A stretch of 49,644 nt of DNA, from contig JAZNDA010000008.1 of NCBI GenBank assembly GCA_045587785.1, positions 1 to 49,644 on the forward strand, given 5' to 3'. The DNA is from Eubacteriales bacterium (GTDB taxonomy: Bacteria > Bacillota > Clostridia > Oscillospirales > CAG-272). Below are positions 9,189 to 16,479 of the stretch, one piece after another. The translations under genes and the position numbers were made by a program. The notes under the pieces are model-generated. The model was not told the DNA's origin. It saw only the letters and a list, made by a program, of their open reading frames with translations, and did not search any database. The stretch's first letter is position 1, and every line of letters begins with the position of its first letter.

Positions 9189-10568
9189 ATGAAACACATT
9201 GTCATTGCAGACAGCACGCTTTGCAGAGAAGGAAGCGTATTCAGCTTCAAAGAAAGAATAGAGATGGCACGTCAGCTTGAGCGACTTGCCGTTGACGTCA
9301 TTGAACTACCCGAGATCAAGATCGGAAAAACCGATATTTTGCTTGTCAAGACCGTTTCGTCCTTTGTCAAAAAGAGTATCCTTTCGGTAGGTGCAGGTCT
9401 TACCGAGCAAAGCGTTACGGATGCCGCTACGGCACTCTCGCACGCCGAAAAGCCCAGGATCCGCATTGAGCTTCCCATGTCCCCCGTCGGCATGGAATAC
9501 GTATGCCACAAAAAGCCCGAGAAAATGCTGGCGTGGATCTCCCACATCGTAGCTATGGCAAAATCTCTTTGCCCCGACGTGGAATTTTGTGCGATAGATG
9601 CCACGAGAGCCGAGGCTGATTTTCTTGCCTCTGCCATAGAGGCGGCAGAAAAGGCGGGCGCAACAAGTCTTGCCGTTTGTGACAGTGCCGCCGAGCTTCT
9701 TCCCGACGACTTCGCGGCATTTGCCGAGGGCGTGATCAAAAACACCGCGCTTCCCCTCTCCGTACATTGCGACAACAAAAACGGGCTTGCCTGTGCCGAG
9801 GCGATCTTGGCGATCGGCAAGGGCGCGTCGGGCGTCAAGACCGCCGTGGGCGGAGACGGCATTCCGCTTGAGGTATTTTCCAATATGGTAAGAAACTGCG
9901 GAACAAGATATGACTTTTGCTCCTCGATCCGCTATACCGAGCTTCACAGGATCATAGGACAGATCAGCTGGATCTCGGACAATGCGAAAAACGAAAAGAC
10001 ATTGACCGCCCTTGTGGGCAAGGAAAAGGACGATTGGTATCTGGATGACGCGGATGACAAAGAGGCGGTTGCGGCAGCCATCGCAAAACTTGGATATGAT
10101 CTTAGCGACGAGGATATTACCAAGGTATTTGAGGAGTTTTTACGTGTTGCCGCCAAGAAAAAGGTGGGTGCCAAGGAGCTGGAAGCCATTGTGGCAAGCG
10201 TAGCATTGCAGTGCCCTGCCACCTACGTGCTTGAAAATTACGTGATCAACAACGGCAATATTATCTCGTCAAGCGCACAGATCACCCTTGTCAAGGGAGA
10301 CACCCGTCTGCAGGGCGTTTGCATCGGCGACGGTCCCGTGGATGCGTCCTTCCGCGCCGTGGAGCAGATCATCGGCCACCATTACGAACTGGACGATTTC
10401 CAGATCCAGGCGGTCACACAGGGCAAGGAGGCTATGGGCTCGGCACTGGTTCGCCTGCGCTTTGGCGGCAAGCTGTATTCGGGCAACGGCATCTCCACCG
10501 ACATCATCGGTGCTGCCATCCGCGCATATCTCGGTGCGGTCAACAAAATCGTATATGAGGAGGCATGA
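9189..10568 (+). CDS. LeuA-like protein: diverged DRE-TIM (HMGL-like) domain plus LeuA C-terminal allosteric/dimerisation domain
   Basis: The N-terminal domain aligns with 2-isopropylmalate/citramalate synthases, but its motifs are altered (DSTLCREGS for DTTLRDGEQ, HCD for HxH). The C-terminus GDGPVDASFRAVEQIIGH...GKEAMGSALVRLRFGGKLYSGNGISTDIIGAAIRAYLGAVNK is a clear LeuA_dimer domain. Confidence 0.8.
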   Translation: MKHIVIADSTLCREGSVFSFKERIEMARQLERLAVDVIELPEIKIGKTDILLVKTVSSFVKKSILSVGAGLTEQSVTDAATALSHAEKPRIRIELPMSPVGMEYVCHKKPEKMLAWISHIVAMAKSLCPDVEFCAIDATRAEADFLASAIEAAEKAGATSLAVCDSAAELLPDDFAAFAEGVIKNTALPLSVHCDNKNGLACAEAILAIGKGASGVKTAVGGDGIPLEVFSNMVRNCGTRYDFCSSIRYTELHRIIGQISWISDNAKNEKTLTALVGKEKDDWYLDDADDKEAVAAAIAKLGYDLSDEDITKVFEEFLRVAAKKKVGAKELEAIVASVALQCPATYVLENYVINNGNIISSSAQITLVKGDTRLQGVCIGDGPVDASFRAVEQIIGHHYELDDFQIQAVTQGKEAMGSALVRLRFGGKLYSGNGISTDIIGAAIRAYLGAVNKIVYEEA

Positions 10569-13084
10569 GCATGAAGCTTTCTTTTTCAACCAAAGGTTGG
10601 CATGGGCTTGGCTTTGATGAATTTTGCGACATGGCGGAAAACGTCAAATTTCAAGGCATTGAGCTTCACAATATCTATAATGAACTGTTTACCGACAAGG
10701 ACGGTGCATTTCACGATTATACCGCCGCAGCCACGCGCAGACGTCTTTATGAGCGTGGGCTGAGCATCCCCTGTATTGACGTGATCGGCGACATTGCCGA
10801 CGGCGAAAAGGCAGATGCTACAGTGGCAGAGATTGAAAAATGCATGGAAATTGCAGGCAATCTGCAAATTCCGTACGTCCGTCTGCGCGCTTCGGCGGCA
10901 GAGGACAGCGAAAAGGCAGTTGCCGCCACCGAAGCATTGCTCTCTCGCGTGCTTCCCATGGCTGAGCAAAACAAGATCACTCTTTTGGTGGAGACCGCGG
11001 GACTTTTCTGCCGCACCGCCCTGCTTCGCGGATTGCTTGACGGCTTTGCGTCCGATAATCTGGGCGCGCTTTGGGACATGTCGGCATCCTTCTTCGAAAG
11101 CGGAGAGACCCCCGAGCAGATCATTCAAAACCTTGGCGCCTACGTCCGCCACGTGCATATCAGCGATGCCGAAATGGTGGATGGTGAGCTTCGCCACTGT
11201 CTGATGGGCGAGGGCGCACTGCCCATCGCCGATATGATGTTGGCACTCCGCTCTGTCAATTACGACGGCTTTATCTCGCTTGTCTGGGCACCCGAATGGT
11301 GCGACGAGCTGGACGATATGGAGATCATCTTTGCCCAATTCGTTAACTATATGAAGCAATTTGGCAACACTTCACGCAATCAGAAGGCGCTTTACTACAA
11401 CCGTGCTCATACGGGTAAATATATTTGGGAAAAGGACCGTTTGATCGATGCCACCTTCTCTGAGGTTCTTGACCGCATGGTGGAGGAATTCCCCGACCAG
11501 TACGCCTTCAAATATACCACGCTGGACTACACACGTACCTACAGCGAGTTCCGCGATGACGTGGACACCTTCGCCCGAGCACTCATTGCGCTTGGCGTTA
11601 AGGCGGGCACACACGTGGCAGTGTGGGCATCCAACGTACCCCAGTGGTACATTGCCTTCTGGGCTACCGTCAAGCTTGGCGCGGTGCTTGTGACGGTCAA
11701 CACCGCGTATAAAATTCACGAGGCGGAATATCTGTTTAAGCAGTCAGATACGCATACACTCATTATGACCGAAGGAGCAAAAGACTGCAAATACGGCGAT
11801 ATCATTGCCGAGCTTTGTCCCGAGCTTGCAAGCAACAAGACGGGCAGTCCGCTTCACTCCAAACGCTTGCCCTTCCTGCGCAACGTCATTACCGTCGGCT
11901 TCCGTCAAAAGGGCTGTATGGACTGGAACGAGGCACTTGAGCACGCCTCGCAGGTGCCGCTGGAAGAAGTACACCGCATGGCGGCACTGGTCAACAAGGA
12001 TGACGTGTGCAACATGCAGTACACCTCGGGTACCACGGGATTCCCCAAGGGCGTTATGCTTACTCACTACAACGTTGTTAACAACGGAAAATATATTGGC
12101 GACCATATGGATCTGTCCACCGCGGACCGCATGATGATTCAAGTGCCGATGTTCCATTGCTTTGGCATGGTGCTTTCGATGACAGCATCGATGACGCACG
12201 GTACAACCATGCTGCCGTTGCCGTATTTCTCCCCGAAGCCTGCGCTTGCCTGCATTCACAATGAGCATATCACTGCCTTTAACGGCGTACCCACAATGTT
12301 CATTGCCATGATGCAGCATGAGGATTTTGAAAAGACCGACTTCTCGTACATGCGCATTGGTATTATGGCAGGTTCCAACTGTCCCGCGGACCTTATGAAG
12401 GAGGCGGCGACGGGTCGTATGCAAATGAAGGAGATCGTTTCGGTATACGGACAGACCGAGGCTTCGCCCGGATGTACGATGAGCAGCTACTACGATTCGC
12501 TTGCGGTGCGTACCGAGACCGTTGGAAGTGCCTTCGCAAATGTCGAGTGTAAGGTCATCGATCCCGAAACGGGCGAGGAATGCCCCGACGGTGTCAACGG
12601 CGAGTTTGTGGCACGCGGCTACAATATCATGAAGGGCTACTACAAGATGCCGATGGGCACTGCCTCCGCCATCGACGCTGAGGGTTGGCTTCATACGGGC
12701 GACCTTGCATGCCGTACCCCCGAGGGCAACTATCTGATCACGGGAAGACTGAAGGACATGATCATCCGCGGCGGCGAAAACATATACCCCAAGGAGATCG
12801 AGGAGTTTATTTATACCTGCCCGAAGGTACGCGACGTACAGGTCATCGGCGTGCCCGACGAGAAGTACGGCGAGGAGATCATGGCTTGCATCATTCTCAA
12901 AGAGGGTGAGGAAATGACGGCAGAGGAAATGAAGGCATATATCGCCGCCAACATGGCAAGACATAAGGTGCCGAGATATATCGATTTCGTCAAATCCTTC
13001 CCCATGAACGCGGCAGGAAAGATCCTCAAGTACAAGATGCGCGAGGAAGCCGTGGAAAAGCTGGGACTTCAAAAAGCAAAATAA
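10565..13084 (+). CDS. Fusion protein: xylose-isomerase-like TIM barrel (sugar phosphate isomerase/epimerase family) + AMP-dependent acyl-CoA synthetase/ligase
   Basis: The first ~270 aa carry AP_endonuc_2-type motifs (LLVETAG, ALWDM, VRHVHISD, ISLVWAPEW). From about aa 300 the adenylate-forming motifs appear (MQYTSGTTGFPKGVMLTH, YGQTEASP, GWLHTGDLA, GENIYPKEIE, AAGKILK). The ATGA start overlaps the upstream stop. Confidence 0.85.
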   Translation: MSMKLSFSTKGWHGLGFDEFCDMAENVKFQGIELHNIYNELFTDKDGAFHDYTAAATRRRLYERGLSIPCIDVIGDIADGEKADATVAEIEKCMEIAGNLQIPYVRLRASAAEDSEKAVAATEALLSRVLPMAEQNKITLLVETAGLFCRTALLRGLLDGFASDNLGALWDMSASFFESGETPEQIIQNLGAYVRHVHISDAEMVDGELRHCLMGEGALPIADMMLALRSVNYDGFISLVWAPEWCDELDDMEIIFAQFVNYMKQFGNTSRNQKALYYNRAHTGKYIWEKDRLIDATFSEVLDRMVEEFPDQYAFKYTTLDYTRTYSEFRDDVDTFARALIALGVKAGTHVAVWASNVPQWYIAFWATVKLGAVLVTVNTAYKIHEAEYLFKQSDTHTLIMTEGAKDCKYGDIIAELCPELASNKTGSPLHSKRLPFLRNVITVGFRQKGCMDWNEALEHASQVPLEEVHRMAALVNKDDVCNMQYTSGTTGFPKGVMLTHYNVVNNGKYIGDHMDLSTADRMMIQVPMFHCFGMVLSMTASMTHGTTMLPLPYFSPKPALACIHNEHITAFNGVPTMFIAMMQHEDFEKTDFSYMRIGIMAGSNCPADLMKEAATGRMQMKEIVSVYGQTEASPGCTMSSYYDSLAVRTETVGSAFANVECKVIDPETGEECPDGVNGEFVARGYNIMKGYYKMPMGTASAIDAEGWLHTGDLACRTPEGNYLITGRLKDMIIRGGENIYPKEIEEFIYTCPKVRDVQVIGVPDEKYGEEIMACIILKEGEEMTAEEMKAYIAANMARHKVPRYIDFVKSFPMNAAGKILKYKMREEAVEKLGLQKAK

Positions 13085-13199
13085 CCCCCTCACCGAGTAA
13101 AATCTTTATATTTTGATAGTCGTAGCAAAACCATAGAGGTTCTGTTATAGCCGAAGAGAATCGAACCCACCAAAAAACTCTTGCAAACTGAAAACCAAT

Positions 13200-13231
13200 G
13201 CGGATCCCCATAAGTTCGGGGATCCGCTTTT
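13200..13231 (+). terminator. Rho-independent terminator ending the Leu T-box operon
   Basis: GCGGATCCCC-ATAAGTTC-GGGGATCCGC followed by TTTTG. Confidence 0.8.
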
Positions 13232-13287
13232 GTCATGAACCCTCCCACTGCCCATCTCATATATTGGAAGTGAAGGAGGTGAAAATC

Positions 13288-13665
13288 ATGAATTGCCAAA
13301 GAAATACCTGCGTATGGCTGTCGATCATTGTCGGCGTTGTGGCGGGCATACTGCTCGGCGTACTCTACTCGCAAGGTCTGTTCCCCATCGGGTCGATCTT
13401 CCCGTTTTATATTGCATTCGGGTTGCTTAGCTTGCTTTTGTATCCGCTTTATGCCGCGCGCAAGGACGGCGGCTGTTTCTGCCGCTTAAAGGCACTGTTG
13501 CTGACAGCGACGATCGGCACGGTCGTCAGCGCCGCGATCGGTCAGCTGCTTCTTTTGACCACATCCGTAACCGCGACTGCCATTTTGCTGAGCTTTGCCA
13601 CACTCTTTGCCACTATCGGGGCAGTATCTCTTATCTGCCTTGCCGATTGCCATTGCAATAACTGA
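13288..13665 (+). CDS. Hypothetical 125-aa membrane protein with Cys-rich C-terminus
   Basis: ATG at 13288 follows the RBS GAAGGAGG. It has 3-4 hydrophobic helices and ends in ...CLADCHCNN. The ORF-track start at 13198 lies inside the upstream terminator and is rejected. Confidence 0.5.
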   Translation: MNCQRNTCVWLSIIVGVVAGILLGVLYSQGLFPIGSIFPFYIAFGLLSLLLYPLYAARKDGGCFCRLKALLLTATIGTVVSAAIGQLLLLTTSVTATAILLSFATLFATIGAVSLICLADCHCNN

Positions 13666-13668
13666 TCT

Positions 13669-13713
13669 CAGAGAGCCGAAAGACCGTCTATCCAAGACGG
13701 TCTTTCAGCTCTC
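13669..13713 (+). terminator. Long stem-loop, probable terminator
   Basis: AGAGAGCCGAAAGACCGTC-TATCCAA-GACGGTCTTTCAGCTCTCT, with about 18 bp paired. The U-tract is weak. Confidence 0.5.
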
Positions 13714-13747
13714 TTGTGGCTTTTCTGTATTTTTTTCGAAAAACCTC

Positions 13748-13776
13748 TTGATTTTTTCAAAAAAGTGTGATACAAT
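13748..13776 (+). promoter_or_regulatory. Sigma-A promoter for secG
   Basis: TTGATT, 17-nt spacer, TGaTACAAT. Confidence 0.6.
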
Positions 13777-13837
13777 ATACGGGCATATGAAAAAATGTGC
13801 CTTTGGCACTTAGAAATCTCATGGGAGGACCAAAAAA

Positions 13838-14080
13838 ATGACCACGATCGAATACGTTTTCGGAGGCCTGCTTCTTCTTATGGCACTCGCCCTTGTCGGT
13901 CTTGTTATGAAGCAGACGGGTAAGGATAAAAAGCTTTCGGGTGCAATCGGAGGCGGTGCGGAAACCTTCTTCGGCAATGGTAAGGCAACAAGAATAGAAA
14001 AGATTCTTTCCAGAATTACCGCTGTTATTTCCGTGCTTTTCGTTGTCTCCGTTGTTGTCATGTATATTATCGTTTCCTGA
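13838..14080 (+). CDS. secG: Preprotein translocase subunit SecG
   Basis: 80 aa with two TM helices separated by a Gly-rich loop (KKLSGAIGGGAETFFG). Confidence 0.88.
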   Translation: MTTIEYVFGGLLLLMALALVGLVMKQTGKDKKLSGAIGGGAETFFGNGKATRIEKILSRITAVISVLFVVSVVVMYIIVS

Positions 14081-14092
14081 CAAAACGAAAAA

Positions 14093-14126
14093 GAAAAACT
14101 GTCCGATGGCGGGCAGTTTTTCTTTT
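14093..14126 (+). terminator. Rho-independent terminator
   Basis: AAAAACTGTCCG-ATGG-CGGGCAGTTTTT followed by CTTTT. Confidence 0.7.
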
Positions 14127-14156
14127 CAAACACTCCCCCCGAAAGGATAGATTATC

Positions 14157-15083
14157 ATGAGCTTTGATATTGCGCTTGGGAACGTCCTTGTGACACTGTT
14201 TTATATTCTTCCCGGCTTTATTATCTGTAAAATGAAGCGCGCCTCCACCGACCATCTCTCTACGCTGTCGGGCATTCTGGTATACGTGTGCGCCCCCTGC
14301 ATGGTCATTTCGGCGCTTCTTTCGCTGGATTTCAGTATGGAGGTGCTTGCCAACATGGGATTGTTCTTTGTCATCACACTGATACTCCAGTGCGCTTTTA
14401 TGGGTATTGTATATGCAATCATCCGCAAAAAAAGCGCTGACCCCAAATACCGTCTGATGACCATAGGCATGGTGCTTGGCAACGTGGGCTTTTTCGGGCT
14501 TCCCATCGTCCGCGCGCTTTTGCCGAATAACCCCGAGGTCGCCTCATACTCGATCGTATACATCGTCACCATGAATATTTTGGTGTTTACGGTGGGCGTG
14601 TTTTGCCTTACGGGAGACAAAAAATATATGTCGATCCGCCCCGCCATCTTCAACCCCACTATATTCGGCTTTGCCATTGGCTTCCCACTCTTTATTTTGG
14701 GTGCCAAACAAATTTTGCCGAGCCTTCTGACCGACAGCATTTCCCTGCTTGGCAACATGAGCACACCGCTTTGTATGCTGATCCTTGGCATACGCCTTGC
14801 CACCGTGTCACTGCCAAAGCTGTTTGCCCGTCCGAGCGTGTACGCTATCTGCATCGGCAAGCTGCTGCTGTTTCCCCTCTTTGCCTTTTTCGCCGTCAAG
14901 TGGCTTCCCTTGCCCGAGGCGTTCAAGGCAAGTATACTCATTCTTTCGGCAACACCGTGTGCCTCGGTGGTGTTCAATCTTTCCGAGATGCACCGCGTGG
15001 ATGCCGAGCTTGCGGCAAACTGCGTTCTGCTCAGCACTCTTATGTGCTTTCTGACCATTCCCACGCTTACCCTTTTGCTTTAA
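14157..15083 (+). CDS. AEC (auxin efflux carrier) family transporter
   Basis: 308 aa, about 10 TM helices. N-terminus LFYILPGFI... and the overall pattern are typical of AEC/malate-permease-like proteins. Confidence 0.75.
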   Translation: MSFDIALGNVLVTLFYILPGFIICKMKRASTDHLSTLSGILVYVCAPCMVISALLSLDFSMEVLANMGLFFVITLILQCAFMGIVYAIIRKKSADPKYRLMTIGMVLGNVGFFGLPIVRALLPNNPEVASYSIVYIVTMNILVFTVGVFCLTGDKKYMSIRPAIFNPTIFGFAIGFPLFILGAKQILPSLLTDSISLLGNMSTPLCMLILGIRLATVSLPKLFARPSVYAICIGKLLLFPLFAFFAVKWLPLPEAFKASILILSATPCASVVFNLSEMHRVDAELAANCVLLSTLMCFLTIPTLTLLL

Positions 15084-15128
15084 AAACAAAATAATCCTTG
15101 CATTTTTCGCAAAAATATCCTCAAACCC

Positions 15129-15157
15129 TTGACAAACCGCGTTTTGTGTGGTATCAT
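15129..15157 (+). promoter_or_regulatory. Sigma-A promoter of the pheST T-box leader
   Basis: TTGACA, 17-nt spacer, TGgTATCAT. Confidence 0.65.
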
Positions 15158-15168
15158 ACTGTGGATAA

Positions 15169-15404
15169 TGCAAGGATGAAGTTTGCGCTTTCATACCCGT
15201 ACCGCAGAGAAGGTGCCTTTGGCTGTGAGCACCCGTACGAATGAAATGCCGCGTTTCGCTTCGGAGCAGATTCCGTGAGGCATTGGCATGTAGCGGAATA
15301 CGGTGACACCGTTATATGTCTAAAAAGTGTTGGCTTTGGCTGAAAATACGGGTGGTACCGCGAGTGCTTTTTGCACCTCGTCCTGTTGTGGACGGGGGCT
15401 TTTT
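15169..15404 (+). promoter_or_regulatory. T-box leader, specifier UUC (Phe) at 15255-15257
   Basis: Stem I: base UGC/GCA, a 6-nt bulge, GAAG/CUUC, AG bulge AGAGA (15206-15210), distal loop CTTTGGCTGTGA. Specifier reads U-UUC-G then CUUC-GGA-GCA. T-box core GGTGGTACCGCG at 15351-15362. Terminator CCTCGTCC-TGTTGT-GGACGGGG plus T5. Confidence 0.9.
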
Positions 15405-15448
15405 GTTTATTATTTGATGCTTAATAAAGAAAGGAAAGGATTTTCAAA

Positions 15449-16462
15449 ATGAAAGAAAAACTGGAAAAGATCCTTGATGACGCGATTGCTGGGATCGGCA
15501 ACGACAATGCAGACCTTGAGCAGATCCGCATCCAGTACCTTGGTAAAAAGGGTGAGCTGACAGCGGTTCTGCGCGGCATGGGACAGCTTACACCCGAGGA
15601 GCGTCCCGTCATCGGTCAGCTTGCCAATGACGTACGCGCAAAAATTGAAGAAGCTCTTGACAAGGCAGGAGAGACCCTTAAGGCAAAACAGCTTGAGCAA
15701 AAGCTGAAGGACGAAAAATTGGACGTCACCATGCCCACCCAGGCCATCGGAAACGGTCACCATCATCCTCTCTCCCTCACACAGAGAGAAATGGAGGAGA
15801 TCTTTATGGGACTTGGCTTTTCCATCATCGAAGGTCCCGAGGTCGAGTACGATTACTATAACTTCCAAGCACTCAATATCCCCGAAAATCACCCTGCACG
15901 CGATACGCAGGATACCTTCTACATCACCGACAACATCCTTCTGCGCTCACAGACCTCTCCCGTTCAGGTGCACGCCATGGAAACAAGACGTCCACCCCTG
16001 AGAGTAGTCTCGCCCGGACGCGTATACCGTTCCGACGCGCTTGACGCCACCCACTCGCCTCTGTTCCACCAGTTCGAGGGTCTTGTGGTAGATAAAGGCA
16101 TTACCATGGGCGACCTGAAGGGCGTTCTGGATGCGTTTGCCAAGAAAATGTTCGGCGAGCAGACACGCACCCGTTTCCGCCCCCATCACTTCCCCTTTAC
16201 CGAGCCGTCAGCAGAGGTTGACGTTTCTTGCTTTGCGTGCGGCGGTAAGGGCTGCAGACTTTGCAAGAACGAAGGATGGATCGAAATTCTCGGTGCGGGC
16301 ATGGTTCATCCGTTCGTACTTTCCAACTGCGGCATCGACCCCGAGGAGTATTCGGGCTTTGCCTTCGGTATGGGCATTGAGCGTGTTGCCATGATCAAAT
16401 ACGGCATCGATGACATCCGTCTGTTCTACGAGAACAATCAGAGATTCCTCGAACAGTTCTGA
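15449..16462 (+). CDS. pheS: Phenylalanine--tRNA ligase alpha subunit
   Basis: Class II aaRS motifs are present ([40 protein letters not shown]). Confidence 0.97.
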   Translation: MKEKLEKILDDAIAGIGNDNADLEQIRIQYLGKKGELTAVLRGMGQLTPEERPVIGQLANDVRAKIEEALDKAGETLKAKQLEQKLKDEKLDVTMPTQAIGNGHHHPLSLTQREMEEIFMGLGFSIIEGPEVEYDYYNFQALNIPENHPARDTQDTFYITDNILLRSQTSPVQVHAMETRRPPLRVVSPGRVYRSDALDATHSPLFHQFEGLVVDKGITMGDLKGVLDAFAKKMFGEQTRTRFRPHHFPFTEPSAEVDVSCFACGGKGCRLCKNEGWIEILGAGMVHPFVLSNCGIDPEEYSGFAFGMGIERVAMIKYGIDDIRLFYENNQRFLEQF

Positions 16463-16479
16463 GAAAGGAGATAAGGCAT

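Noticed and set aside
13150-13185. GGTTCGATTC motif (minus strand) as a tRNA gene
   Set aside because: No 5-bp T-stem, anticodon arm or acceptor stem can be drawn around it. It is kept only as a low-interest observation.
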